Shown piece after piece: positions 23,146 to 36,388 of a DNA stretch of 42,044 nt. The stretch's first letter is position 1; the number at the start of each line of letters is the position of its first letter. The notes beneath the pieces are model-generated. The model was not told the origin of the DNA and searched no databases. It worked only from the letters and a program-made list of their open reading frames with translations. The stretch lies in the NCBI RefSeq assembly GCF_001194135.2, contig NC_068986.1:84133606-84175649 (forward strand). The letters run 5' to 3'. The translations under genes were made by a program, and so were the position numbers. This stretch comes from Octopus bimaculoides. Taxonomy: Eukaryota.

Positions 23146-23887
23146 CATATTTCTGCATGTTTTTCTGTTCGTCTCACTATACACACATATATATGTATAA
23201 TATATTATATGTACATATTACATACACATGCATACATATTTTGCCAATAAAAAAATTCCTTACATTCTGCCCCTTTATGTACAAACGCCAGAAAGAGTCG
23301 CTCACTATCTAAGATAGATTCGGTAGAAATAGAAAGATACCGAGAACAATTCAAACAATTTACAACGCCATTACACTGAGTTTTGCGTTAACGCTTTTAC
23401 ATTGCATTAAGGTTTGTATAAAATCTTACCTAGGTCTTATGTATTTTATCATCATAAGACTTAAAAGTACTGAAGTATAGAGATTTCGAAAGCTCAAACA
23501 TAAAACATACATATATACATATATATGTATGTATGTGCGTGTTGGGCAAAAACACCTAAAGCTCCACGAGGCTCTGGCATGGGGTGGTGGCGACCCCTGT
23601 TGTACTCTTTCGCCCCAACTTTCTCTCACTCTTTCTTCCTGTTTCTTACCAAAACAAGGCAAATTCAAGTGGTTTAGTAGGAGGGGACATCATTACAACA
23701 CCCCTTAAATACACCCCTTCCATTTAGTCGACTGTCCTTGTGTGCCAAGATGTAATGTTCATACGTAGTACAGTAAAGTCCAGCCCCCCCCCCCCCCACC
23801 AACCGTTGTCCTCCAAAGACATGAATAGTGGCACACTTGCAGGGGTGCACTACTGTTACATGAATAATATCTCAGACTTCACAAACC

Positions 23888-24050
23888 GGTTTCAAATTTT
23901 GGCACAAGGCCGGCAGTTTCGAGAGAGGGGCTAAGTTGATTAAATCGACCCCTACGTTCAACTGGCGCTTATTTACTTAACCCCTAAAAATTGAAAGTCA
24001 AAGTCGACCCCGGCAGTATTTGAACTCAGAACGTAAAGACGGACGAAATA
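23888..24050 (-). mobile_element. SINE family A, 5'-truncated
   Basis: ggtttcaaattttggcacaagg...gaactcagaacgtaaagacggacgaaat. Confidence 0.85.
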
Positions 24051-24150
24051 TTTCTTATAATAAGTCTTTACTTCAAAACGTATTTGGTTGGTTCTCTCTT
24101 TCAAAGATGTAATGGTGCGTATGTGTGAGTGTGTGTGGGCCTGCGTGTAT

Positions 24151-24181
<31 letters not shown>

Positions 24182-24796
24182 TGCACACATGAACACACTG
24201 GTACACACAGCACACACGCGTACATGCACTTTGCACACATACACGCTTACACACAGAGGTCATCTCTTAAACGTCACTGGTATATTTTTAGGAAAGTTCG
24301 TCTTCAAGTGAAACGATGAAAAGCGAAACCAATTTCACCATAGTGACGTTATTTACGAGATTTTTAGGTGACTTAATATGGATGAAACATTCTCCGCTTT
24401 TGAAGTGATTCATTTGAATCTCTTAAATCCAGTTTTGTTATTTACTTTTCCTTGTAAATTATATTTTTAAAGTACTGTCGTACTTTAAATTAGATAAATG
24501 CCCATAAAATAGATATAAAAAAATTATAACCTAGGGGATGAAACTCGGTGACGCATATACTGTTTCTGCATTATATGATTATACATTTGCTCAGATACTT
24601 TAAAATGATATTTTGATCATTTTATATGTGTCTTATATTTTATATATTTTAACATAAAATTATATGTATCAAGATATATAATTGCTATATAATATATATA
24701 TTTTCACAAATATTTGCTATATGCTTTATGTGTTTTCATATATGATTGCTACTATACATGATATGTATATTGATAAATAATTGCAATGTAATAAGA

Positions 24797-25003
24797 TGGT
24801 GAGGTGGCCAAATGCTTGGCGGTATTTCGTTCGTCTACGTTCTGAGTTCAAATCCGCCGGGATAGACTTTGCCTTCCATCCTCTCAGGGTCGATAAAATA
24901 AGTACTAGTTGAACACTGGAGTCGATGTAATCGACTCATTCCCTTCCCCAAATTAGCTACCCTTGTGGCAAAATTTGAAATCATTATTATTATTATTATT
25001 ATT
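24797..25003 (+). mobile_element. SINE family A with (ATT)n tail
   Basis: B box GAGTTCAAATCC, core gggtcgataaaataagtac, and tail. Confidence 0.85.
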
Positions 25004-25462
25004 AGAGGGTAATGCACCCATTTTGAGAAATATTAATTTTTTTCAATATACACAATTCATAATTCTTAGTCTATTAACAATTAGAAAGGCATGAATATTA
25101 CAGATTCCTATAAATCTTATTATATTGTGGCCTACCAACCAACTAATAAGTTCATATTAAAGATTCCCATATCGAACATAGTAATAAACGGAGTGCCAAG
25201 TTTGTAAGAGAGTTTCGTTTCTTGGCTGGAACCATTTCCGTATGTATTCGTTGTCAATGTCATCGAACTCAAATCAACTCGGTGAGATCAAGGTAACGTC
25301 AGCTGCAATCTGAGATCGAACCTGGCATACCTACTTTTTGATCCTGTACATCGAGTATTGATTGCACTCCATTCACAAAATCGCTGCCAAAATATATAGA
25401 CATAGATTTCTCCATATCTTTAGAAGTGAATTGTAGTTCTATGTACGTGCGTACGTACGTAC

Positions 25463-25493
<31 letters not shown>

Positions 25494-25672
25494 TGTATGT
25501 ATACATACTTATGCATACATTATGCATGTATTGGTGCCTCTGTATTTATGTAAGTATATAGTCACTCACAAACTCACAAACAATGTATGCACACATACAC
25601 TCTTTCATATGTACATACATATATATACATACATATATGTGTATACATATGCATGTGTGTATATATATATAT

Positions 25673-25703
<31 letters not shown>

Positions 25704-26734
25704 NNNNNNNNNNNNNNNNNNNNNNNNNNNNNNNNNNNNNNNNNNNNNNNNNNNNNNNNNNNNNNNNNNNNNNNNNNNNNNNNNNNNNNNNNNNNNNNNN
25801 NNNNNNNNNNNNNNNNNNNNNNNNNNNNNNNNNNNNNNNNNNNNNNNNNNNNNNNNNNNNNNNNNNNNNNNNNNNNNNNNNNNNNNNNNNNNNNNNNNNN
25901 NNNNNNNNNNNNNNNNNNNNNNNNNNNNNNNNNNNNNNNNNNNNNNNNNNNNNNNNNNNNNNNNNNNNNNNNNNNNNNNNNNNNNNNNNNNNNNNNNNNN
26001 NNNNNNNNNNNNNNNNNNNNNNNNNNNNNNNNNNNNNNNNNNNNNNNNNNNNNNNNNNNNNNNNNNNNNNNNNNNNNNNNNNNNNNNNNNNNNNNNNNNN
26101 NNNNNNNNNNNNNNNNNNNNNNNNNNNNNNNNNNNNNNNNNNNNNNNNNNNNNNNNNNNNNNNNNNNNNNNNNNNNNNNNNNNNNNNNNNNNNNNNNNNN
26201 NNNNNNNNNNNNNNNNNNNNNNNNNNNNNNNNNNNNNNNNNNNNNNNNNNNNNNNNNNNNNNNNNNNNNNNNNNNNNNNNNNNNNNNNNNNNNNNNNNNN
26301 NNNNNNNNNNNNNNNNNNNNNNNNNNNNNNNNNNNNNNNNNNNNNNNNNNNNNNNNNNNNNNNNNNNNNNNNNNNNNNNNNNNNNNNNNNNNNNNNNNNN
26401 NNNNNNNNNNNNNNNNNNNNNNNNNNNNNNNNNNNNNNNNNNNNNNNNNNNNNNNNNNNNNNNNNNNNNNNNNNNNNNNNNNNNNNNNNNNNNNNNNNNN
26501 NNNNNNNNNNNNNNNNNNNNNNNNNAAAAAAAGTTTTAGTCGTTTTATTTTTTTTAATAAATTTTATGTACTTTATTTATATTCTATGTTTTTACTTTTG
26601 ATGCTTTCTTCCGCCATTCTTTTGGTTTTATTTTGATTAGTTTTCGCTATAAATTCACCTTTAGCTTTCGGCTAGACTATTTTCAAAGTGACTATGAAGG
26701 GTCGGGAACAAATTAAAATCGATTAATAATAATA

Positions 26735-26900
26735 GTGATTGGTGTACAATTTAGCAGGGAGAGCACAGTCGATTTGATTGACTTCAATTCTTGACTTGGG
26801 CGCATTTTAACGACCCCGGGCGAAGGAAGGGCAAACTGAACCCCGCGAGATTTATACTCAGAATGTTAAGAGACATAACTAAATACTACAAATTATTTTG
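26735..26900 (-). mobile_element. SINE family A, degenerate
   Basis: Partial similarity (cgaccccgggcgaaggaagggcaaa...actcagaatgt). Confidence 0.55.
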
Positions 26901-27099
26901 CGTAATTCTGGTACAGACCACTGAAAACATATCGACAACTTTGTTGGCACGTATATACGATGAGTGCATTGACGTCAATACTGAAGTGTTTTATATTTCA
27001 TCGGGCGTATAAAGAGCAGATTACACCTAAATGGGATTAGAATTTGGAAAATCCTCGTCGATTTTATTGACTTTACCGTCTACTGCCTAACACTGTAAT

Positions 27100-28140
27100 A
27101 AGTAATAACCAAAAAGTAAAATTTAAAACAGAGCACAATGCAAGAAATAAAATGATAGCTATAAATATGTTAGGTGTCCCAATCGTAATGTACAACTTCA
27201 AAATAAATCAAAATTCGGTGGATTGATGAGTTTAGATATAGAAAACATATAAGGAAACTAGTCACTGCAGTTCAAGTTCAACATTTTAAAGCCGATCTAA
27301 AAAGAATATACTTATACCATACGCACAGAGGAATAGGCGGGAAAAAATTAGGGAAGTATTACTAAGTAGTGATAGTAGATCTATAAAAATATCTAGGAAA
27401 ATGCTAAAAACCAAAGTGATTAATACAATTAGTAAACCCCACAAACAGCCACCTAAAAGTATTTTTTTAATAAGGAATTAAAATGATGCAGACCAGGAAC
27501 TAATTATTACAAGGAAAATGTTCTAGGGAGTAAAATATACGCCAGAAAATATTCTTTTATGAAAAAATGTGATAAAATAATTTAATATTGAGAAAATCCT
27601 TTCAATGGTACGAATCAATCCAGCATGACTAGACAATGAAGTGAGCTAATATGAAAGATAAAAATGGTTAAAAAATTCTGACGGTTTTAATTTGACTGGG
27701 TAAGACGATGGAGATATAGTCACAAGGCACAATGAAAATAGGCAATTAAACAAGTGGCTAATATCAACATTAGGCTATGCAAAGAATATAATGAATAGCG
27801 CTAGAAAATTTCTCAGCAGTGTCGGGAAGAATGCTTAATGAAGTACACAACAATTATGTTAGCCAACAATATAAAGAAGTGGTCCACCATTTTATTCCTG
27901 GTTGATCTGTTCAAGCAAAGACAATATATTCACCGCTACAATCGAATAGACAACCGTTTGTAATAATATGCAGATACTTCGACATAGAGACTAAACATAT
28001 ATGGTCATTGGATATACCAAAACTAGCATGTAACAATGAAAACCGGGAGATATTATCCACTGTCATCTACCTTTTGGAATGCTATCAAAAGTACTAATAG
28101 ATATTAATTACAGTCATTTAAGTAGCTGAAGGAATATCGT
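27100..28140 (+). mobile_element. Highly decayed R4/Dong-like LINE fragment (RT thumb to zinc knuckle)
   Basis: HNARNKMIAINMLGVPIVMYNF and IRKLVT...HFKADLKRIYL...RGIG, with many stops. Confidence 0.65.
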
Positions 28141-29814
28141 TTGGTCCAGAGCAGAATAAAATTTATCAATTTCTCGGCTGTGAATCATGTGAAACAATTG
28201 ACNNNNNNNNNNNNNNNNNNNNNNNNNNNNNNNNNNNNNNNNNNNNNNNNNNNNNNNNNNNNNNNNNNNNNNNNNNNNNNNNNNNNNNNNNNNNNNNNNN
28301 NNNNNNNNNNNNNNNNNNNNNNNNNNNNNNNNNNNNNNNNNNNNNNNNNNNNNNNNNNNNNNNNNNNNNNNNNNNNNNNNNNNNNNNNNNNNNNNNNNNN
28401 NNNNNNNNNNNNNNNNNNNNNNNNNNNNNNNNNNNNNNNNNNNNNNNNNNNNNNNNNNNNNNNNNNNNNNNNNNNNNNNNNNNNNNNNNNNNNNNNNNNN
28501 NNNNNNNNNNNNNNNNNNNNNNNNNNNNNNNNNNNNNNNNNNNNNNNNNNNNNNNNNNNNNNNNNNNNNNNNNNNNNNNNNNNNNNNNNNNNNNNNNNNN
28601 NNNNNNNNNNNNNNNNNNNNNNNNNNNNNNNNNNNNNNNNNNNNNNNNNNNNNNNNNNNNNNNNNNNNNNNNNNNNNNNNNNNNNNNNNNNNNNNNNNNN
28701 NNNNNNNNNNNNNNNNNNNNNNNNNNNNNNNNNNNNNNNNNNNNNNNNNNNNNNNNNNNNNNNNNNNNNNNNNNNNNNNNNNNNNNNNNNNNNNNNNNNN
28801 NNNNNNNNNNNNNNNNNNNNNNNNNNNNNNNNNNNNNNNNNNNNNNNNNNNNNNNNNNNNATATATATATATATATATATATATATATACTCTTTTGATG
28901 CCTTATAATTTAATGCACCAAAAGAGACTGACTCTCCCCAGACACAACAGAACATGCTTCAACACACGAACTCACATAAAGAGTCTTGCAAATCAAATCC
29001 CAAAACGAAATATATATATATATATACTTATCGCATTATTTTCACCAATGGAGTAGAATATGCTTCGCTGAGAAGGCCGAATAAAACCGAAACATGTCTG
29101 TCGCTTTTACCAGTTGTTTTACATACAAAATCCACTCTATAATATCATTATATATATTCTACAAGCATTTCAATCATCAGAACTTATTGCAACTATCAGC
29201 ATTTCTAGTCATTCTTAGATTTAAAAATAACCAGGAAAAGTTGTAATCTTCTAATTGCTTAGATACTCTCAATTGCAAAAGTTTTTCAAGTTATACTATA
29301 TGTGAAATTCTACGGCATTTTTATTATTCGGTTTACAGATGACATCCATATCACCGATGTCTTTATTCATTTGTTTTAGAGTTCAAAATGTTTCTGTATC
29401 ACATATAACATTCTAGCTAGGCATGACGTCATACATATAGTTACTCCTGCTGATGATATATAATCTATGATGATAGTGTTAGTGGTGATGCTGATTCTGA
29501 TGCTAGCACTTTTTATGCTTTATACAATATACAACAATATTCCTAGTTAGAGACCGCGAAGAATATAAAGATGATGATGATGATGATGGTGATGAGGAGG
29601 AGGAGGAGGAGGAGGAAGAGGAGGAGGACGACGACGACTACGACGACAACGATGAGGAGGATGGTGGTGTTGGTGATGTTAATTGTAGAAGTAGTGATGG
29701 TGGTGGTGGTGGTGATGGCAACAGTGGATAGATATGTACTGCTTACTGTATTGTTAATATTCTATATAAAAGCGGATTGCTAGAATTATTGGAGTGACAA
29801 GGCGGACAAACAAT

Positions 29815-29998
29815 TTTGCCACATTTAGTTACAGATCTTTACGTTTTGAGTTCAAATCTAACTAAGTTCGCAAAATGGCAGAATCGTTATAGCGTCGGTT
29901 AAAATGCTTCGCAATCTAGTATTTGTTCTGACTCATTGTGCTCTGACCTCAAATCCAACCATGGCCCACTTTACTCTTCATCCTTTTGGAATGGATAA
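29815..29998 (+). mobile_element. SINE family A, degenerate or rearranged
   Basis: ttacgttttgagttcaaat, tggcagaatcgtta and tcatccttttgg..gataaaa segments. Confidence 0.5.
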
Positions 29999-30266
29999 AA
30001 ATTTGTAAAAGTAACCGAAGCTGGTAACTGAAATTTGTAAAAAAGAAAAAAAAAAAAAAAAAAAAAAAAAAAAGAAATAAGAAAACTGTAATTTGTAAAA
30101 AAGGAAAAGTAAAAAATTATAAAAATGCTCGTCGAATTGTGGAATGTACGTTAAAGCACATGTCTTGTTTTTGTTACGGTTCCTCGTGTTCTGTGTGTAA
30201 ATCAGGCCGTGGCCTTTATGGATGATGGACTTAATTAGTCGCCCGGTTTAGCGCCAGCATCTGTAC

Positions 30267-30367
30267 CTTGGTTGCCTTTAGCAGAGTTCACTGTTGTCAG
30301 CGTTCGGGTCAAGTTTTCGGGTCATGGAAACCCTATAAAGGGCCACGGGCACTGTCTTCTCAGCTAA
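30267..30367 (-). other. Possible upstream (5'UTR) exon in a GC-rich island
   Basis: Strong acceptor ttttactttttatcttttag| and donor CAAG|gtacag. All frames contain stops, so it would be non-coding if real. Confidence 0.25.
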
Positions 30368-30529
30368 CTAAAAGATAAAAAGTAAAATCGATTTTTTTTT
30401 ATAACTCTTTCATAGTCGATAAAAACCAATTTTACTTCTCTTATAGATTTGAAGTTTTGTACCTCGGTTACAATGCAATATTTCATATATCACTAATAAG
30501 AACCAGCAATATATTAAGTACGAGTAATA

Positions 30530-30744
30530 CCGGTTTCAAATTTTGGCACAAGGCCAGCAATTTTGAGGGAAGGGAAAAGTCGATTACATCGGCCTCAGTG
30601 CTCAACTAGTTTTTATTTTGTCGACCTCGAAAGGATGAAAGACAAAGTTGACCTTGGGAAAATTTGATCTCAGAAAGTATAGACAGACGAAATGCCGCGA
30701 AGTATTTTACCCGGCGTGCAAACGATTCTACCTGCTCGCCGTCC
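30530..30744 (-). mobile_element. SINE family A, full length with an aged TSD
   Basis: Flanked by tattaagtacgagtaata (30512-30529) and tattaagcatgaataata (30745-30762). Confidence 0.85.
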
Positions 30745-31765
30745 TATTAAGCATGAATAATATGCTGTGTTGATTTAATCGATTATACCTACTCTCTTAA
30801 TTTTTCTGACTGTTTGCTGATGTAAATTTTTCATATATCGCTAACTAACCTAGTCAGGTATCTGGTTAGAGAAAACGACGACGACGACGACGATGACGAT
30901 ACTGATGTGATGGCGGTGGTGGTGGTAGTCATGCTCGTACAGGTTGTGTTGGTAAAAAAAAAACAAAAATAATCTCAAATCAAAATGTGCCCCACACACT
31001 CACACTGTCAAAATTGCACCCCTTTAAAAATTAGTTAATATATCAGGCCACATCTTAGCAATTACAAAACAGTAAGTTAATCAAATAAATAGTTTAATTA
31101 AATCTGTAATCGATTTAATGTAACGTCTAAGGAGAAGAGTGATCAACCAATGCCAGCAGTATTGCGTAAGGTGGTGTTAATCCGATAAACAAGCGTAGGG
31201 TGTACATAGGTAGGGCATAAAAGGTAAGACAAAAGTATATCAAAAAGCTTAGGGCAAGTGTTATTACTCAATTCAGTAAGGGGAACAGAGGAAACTTCAA
31301 CGTAGAAGTCATTCGAAATAATAAAGGAGACAGTAGAGAGTTAATAAATACAGGATTGCTAGAGATATGGCTGGGTGAAGATGCGTTCAATGAATAGACA
31401 TGGGTCAGTAAGAGGAATAGTATCAAAGGACGTAGACCCAATAAATTTAGAACAAATACGAGAGCGGCCAGGATTCGATCAACGGTAGTATGATCGGTGA
31501 ATGGAAACAAAACTAACAGAAATCAGGAGGCTGGGAGCTGCAGATGTGTTAAATGAACTAACGAATGAGATAGACTTTAAAGTTGAATTCAGTGCCTAGG
31601 TGAACAGGAAAATCGTTGTTAGCGAGATTTCGGTATAGCGTACAAAGAGGAATAACTAGATACGGTAATACGTTTAGTCCGATACGACACTTAACAACAA
31701 CGTTATTTTTGTGTCACAAGAGGTCATCTACTATTTTAGCTACCTTCACCAAACTTTATAATAAC

Positions 31766-31797
<32 letters not shown>

Positions 31798-31815
31798 TAA
31801 TAATAATAATAATAA

Positions 31816-31943
31816 TCCTTTTTAATATAAGCACAAGGCCTGAAATTTTGGGGTAGGGGAAGAGTCGATTACATCGACCCTAATGTTCAAACGGGGTCAA
31901 TGTAATCGTCGAGTATGCCAACTCGCCACCTTACTACTACTAT

Positions 31944-31981
<38 letters not shown>

Positions 31982-32130
31982 ATAATAATAATAATAATGA
32001 TAATAATAATCTTTTCTACTATAGGTACAAGGCCTGAAATTTATCGACCCCGAAATGATGAAAGGCAAAGTCGACCTCGGCGGAATTCGAACTCAGAACG
32101 TAAAAACGATTCTGCCAGTTCACCGCCTTA
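31816..32130 (-). mobile_element. Two internally deleted SINE family A copies (31816-31932, 32009-32130)
   Basis: Both keep the terminal sequences (cacaaggcctgaaatt ... gcc/acctta) but lack different internal blocks. Confidence 0.75.
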
Positions 32131-32174
32131 ATAATAATAACGATAGTAGTCGTAGCAGCAGCAGCAGCAGCAGC

Positions 32175-32242
<68 letters not shown>

Positions 32243-32273
32243 CAGCAGCAGTAGTAGTAGTAGTAGTAATAAT

Positions 32274-32310
<37 letters not shown>

Positions 32311-32312
<2 letters not shown>

Positions 32313-32710
32313 GTCTTTTCTTCACCACTGACGGTTTATATAAAAGATTGGGGACGGCAAAGGAAAGCACAACACAAAAAGAGTGGGATTTAACATTATA
32401 AAAAGGTAATAACAGTAAAAATTATAACAGATAAATCCGCATAAGAAGGAGGGTTCCAAGGGCTTCTCGTGGAAAACCCACAAAAACCACGATTGCCCTG
32501 ACCTCTAGGGTAAGTGCTCTCTTCACTTCATCTACCTTCGATCTAGAAGGGCATGTTTGGAGTAGGCCCGTTCACTAGAGTCATTCTCGCTACATTCACC
32601 AACCTTTTAATAAAATTGCTGGGAGACAACACTTCCCTCTCTAGCTTCACTTACCTTTTCAAGAGAAACTTGAAAAGTTAATGAGGGTTTGACCAAAGAG
32701 GAATGTGTCT
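32311..32710 (-). mobile_element. L1/Tx1-like 3' end with 3'UTR
   Basis: DTFLFGQTLINF/FKFLLKR*VKLEREVLSPSNFIKRLVNVARMTLVNGP followed by a T-rich UTR and (ATT)n. Confidence 0.55.
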
Positions 32711-33850
32711 AATAATAATAATAATAATCGTATCTTAAAAAGGGTATCCAGTTGATTTCAAAGTTAACGTTTTCAGTTGTTCAACAGACTGATTTCTTAT
32801 TCACGAACGTTACGTGCAAGCGGCTGAATATTCTTGACATATGTGTAACTACAGCATTATTTTCGGGCGGAATAAACATGACACAGAATGACATAAGTGA
32901 ACCTTAGATGTGCAAACCAAATAGATGAGCATTGACGGCAATATTGCTGCTTTATTTGTTGGTTCCAAAAGGATAAAAAGACAAAGTTCACACCGGTGGG
33001 ATTAGAACTTAGAGAGCCCTAACGAGTAACGCAAGGCATTTAAACCTACGTTTTAGCGAATCTATCCATTCCACACTAGACACACACACACGCACGCGAG
33101 CACACGTACAATGTTAAATATTTAAACTGTGCAAATTAGTCGCTTCAGTTAACTGAAGCCACTGGAATTGTTGTGCATATAAACAGATCGGCTACTTGTT
33201 CCTCTGCGATTGGTCAACTGATGTAGAATTTAATAAGGTTCGAATATCCATTAAGGCAGTTCATCCTTTTTTTGTAATCCCCAGAGAAATAGCTAAATTT
33301 GCGTTGTTTATATGTCTCTTTCTATATATACGTATGTCTATCTATCTATATATCTATCTATCTTTACATGTGCGTATGTAAATCAATACTCATATTTACG
33401 TATATATATATGTATATATTTTACAGGTTTTTAAAATAAACAAGAAATTTCATCTCAAAACATGAGTATATATATTTTACATCTAATCGGCAGAAGTTAC
33501 GAAGTGACTCAAGTGTCGAGAGTTTCATTCATTGGTACTTCAGTCCCCAAAACGCCCACCTTTTGTGTCAATTTGCAACCTCTGCCGGATNNNNNNNNNN
33601 NNNNNNNNNNNNNNNNNNNNNNNNNNNNNNNNNNNNNNNNNNNNNNNNNNNNNNNNNNNNNNNNNNNNNNNNNNNNNNNNNNNNNNNNNNNNNNNNNNNN
33701 NNNNNNNNNNNNNNNNNNNNNNNNNNNNNNNNNNNNNNNNNNNNNNNNNNNNNNTATATTCATATATCATTAGTAGAGTGGTACCCCCATTTGTCACGCT
33801 TCAGCCCGGGGTTCCATTGTCTGTCAGGGAGTCGAATTTTCTGTATAAGT

Positions 33851-33985
33851 GCAGGCGTGGACATAGACGGTGGTTCCGTGTTCAGTGCATTAGGCAAGTG
33901 GTTTTTTTCTATAGCCTCGGACTGACTAAAAACCTTGTGAGTGAATTTGGTAAAACGGAAGCTGAAAGAAACCCTTCTTATATAT
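33851..33985 (+). mobile_element. SINE family B, 5' half
   Basis: ggttccgtgttcagt...ctatagcctcgg...ccttgtgagtgaatttggt...gaagctgaaagaa, ending in (TA)n. Confidence 0.75.
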
Positions 33986-33990
33986 ATGAT

Positions 33991-36388
33991 GGACTCTCCC
34001 GATGGATTCCACGTATGAGGATCCGACAGCCTACTCTTTCTTTGTCACTCATAATGCTTATGTCGAATGTGACAAGTCCCGCCAACGATTTGCAAAAAGC
34101 CCACAGATCGTGCAAGTATGAGGTTGACAGGTCAGTGCAGGTGGTATATTTGCAGCTACTTTTCTCCTTTGGCTTGCACCTCGAAGCCTAATAACAAAGT
34201 TTCTAATACCATTTTGACACAACGATCTCTATTTCGTTCGCTCTAAGACGGTTCGCTCTAAGACCGTTCGCTCTAAGACCGTTCGCTCAAAAGTTGTGAG
34301 CTATCTTAATTTCTAAGAAATTACTCTTCTACTTGTCCTTACATCTGAGCCATGGTCGACCAACATTCCTGTGCCCGCTATCAAGCTGGCTGTACATGAG
34401 GATTTGGGTAATCATTCGTCACTCATTCTGATTGCATAATGAAGCTGTCGATTCCACTAATCTTATACTTGCTAAACTGATCGGCATTAGAAACTGTCTT
34501 TTAGTGAATAACCGCAGATTGTCCTCAGATAGCTTTTGTGAATGATGTCTAGTTGGTTAATGTGTCGTCTACAGGGTATTCACGATGCTGAGTCATACAA
34601 GAGAATATAAGAATGGCAGCTTTACAGACCTGTACGTTGGTGTCAAGTTTGATGCCCTTTTCATTCTATAGGCGATGACGGCGTTTGCCAAATTCGTTGG
34701 TTGCCTTTGCAAGACGGTTGACGATTTCATCATCAAGGCAAGCGCTCAAATTCACTTTACTACCAAGATATGTAAACGATTTCACATAATTTAGGCTTTT
34801 CCCATCGACCTGTATAGGAGTGTGAGGAAAATTGTGAACCGTTGGCCTCTGCTTGACACCAAATTTGTTTAGGAGTAGGGCAAGTTTGGTGGATTACTTC
34901 CGTCTTTTTTATGCTGATGGTCAAACCAAAGGCTTTACATGCAGCAGAAAACCGGTCTAGAAGTTCCTGAGCTTCCTCTAAGGGTGTCGCTACTAGTGCA
35001 GCATCATTTGCAATAAGTAGATCACGAATACTACTGGTGCATAGCAGTATTATGGGTTTGAAACGCTGATGATTGAATAGTCCACCACTCGAATTTGACA
35101 TCACTTTGTATGTCGCCAAAGGCATACCTCAGCATCATTGAAAAGAAAGGTGCAAACAAAACAGGGGCCATAACACAACCTTGCTTTGTGCTGTTTGTAA
35201 CGTCGAAGGAATCTGAAGATTCCCCATCGGACATGACAGCAGCCTTCGTTTCCTCATGAAAGGTGATGATAACATTCAACATTTTGTCGGAAACACCAAA
35301 CGTTTTCAGAACTCTCCATAGCGCCTGCCAGTTAACTGTGTCGAAGGATTTAGTAAGGTCAACAAATACCATGAACAGCTCCTGATTTTTCTTACGTACC
35401 TCCTCCATGATCTGTCGAAGGAAAAACATCATGTGATTCTGGATAGATATCGTTTACAACGTGTTTGATGATCCTGCCAGGATTGAGTCGAGCAAGAATC
35501 ATACCAGCAATAGACAGAAGTAATATCCTACGATGATTATCACAGACACTTCTGTTTCCTTTGTTCTTATAAAGATGCTGATATTGAGGCATCCTTGAAG
35601 TCCTGTGGTACGTGGCCTACTATTCAAATATTTATGAAGAGGTCATGCAATTTCTTAAAAAGCTTCTGTCCCCCATGCTTGTAGATTTCAGGAGGGACAG
35701 CATCCCTGCCAGGCACTTTACCAGAAGAGATCTGTTTAACAGAATTTACCACTTCAAGGATGGTTGGCTCCAGGGGCAATTCCGGCATTTCAGCGTGCTG
35801 TGAAATAGACATCATGACGTCATCATTAATGACTAATGTGGAGATCATCACGGCTTCGAAGTGATCTTTCCATTGTTTCAGGATGTCAGATTTGTCAGTC
35901 AACAATGTCTCTATTGGATGAAAAAATAAGAATAACACCGTGCTCTTGAGGACAATACACTTTCTTGAGGCCATCATAAAAGGTTTTAGAATCCTTTCTT
36001 CCTGCAGCTCCTTGGAGTTCAGTAGCCTTGGAACACCACCAAGCGTATTTCCACCTGTCTCAGAGCACGCTGAACCTGGCCTCTACATTTTTTTTATAAG
36101 CATTCTATTTTCTGGATGAGCTCTTATCATTTATCCATGTTTTATGAGAGCTGTGCATTTTATCTATCAACTGCTGGACATCTGTGTTGCTATCGCTGAA
36201 CCAATCTTGATGTTTACGAACAGGAATTCCAAGAACCTCTACATATGCAGAGTGCGTTGCATCACACAGAGCCTTCCAAGATGATTCTACGTCATCATTG
36301 ATATCAACAGTGTTGAATGCAGCATCCAACTTGATAGAGAGCTCAGCCTGCTTTTCAGCAGTTTTCAAAGGCAGAACATTAATAATTT
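33991..36388 (-). mobile_element. Decayed RTE-clade (BovB-like) LINE, 3' ~2.4 kb of ORF2 plus 3' end
   Basis: Frameshifted peptides RKHQDWFSDS, SGKVPGRDAVPPEIYK, YKNKGNRSVCDNHRRILLLSIAG, FVDLTKSFDTV, KQGCVMAPVLF, DLLIANDAAL (degenerate YADD region), FGLTISIKKTEV, and a C-terminal ICG.FCKSLAGL..H-like motif. Confidence 0.92.
34236..34288. repeat. 15-bp tandem repeat x3.5 inside the RTE
   Basis: gttcgctctaagac(g/c). Confidence 0.95.

Noticed and set aside
23285-23378. Plus-strand peptide RKSRSLSKIDSVEIERYREQFKQFTTPLH*
   Set aside because: Isolated and short, with no partner exons found.
23430-23469. 40-nt minus-strand segment with good splice sites (cttcag| ... CTAG|gtaaga)
   Set aside because: No frame joins the 20775/20769 exon without a stop. 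It could be a UTR exon, but this is unsupported.
31268-31510. 80-aa ORF, possibly an old LINE remnant
   Set aside because: No diagnostic motif could be recognised.
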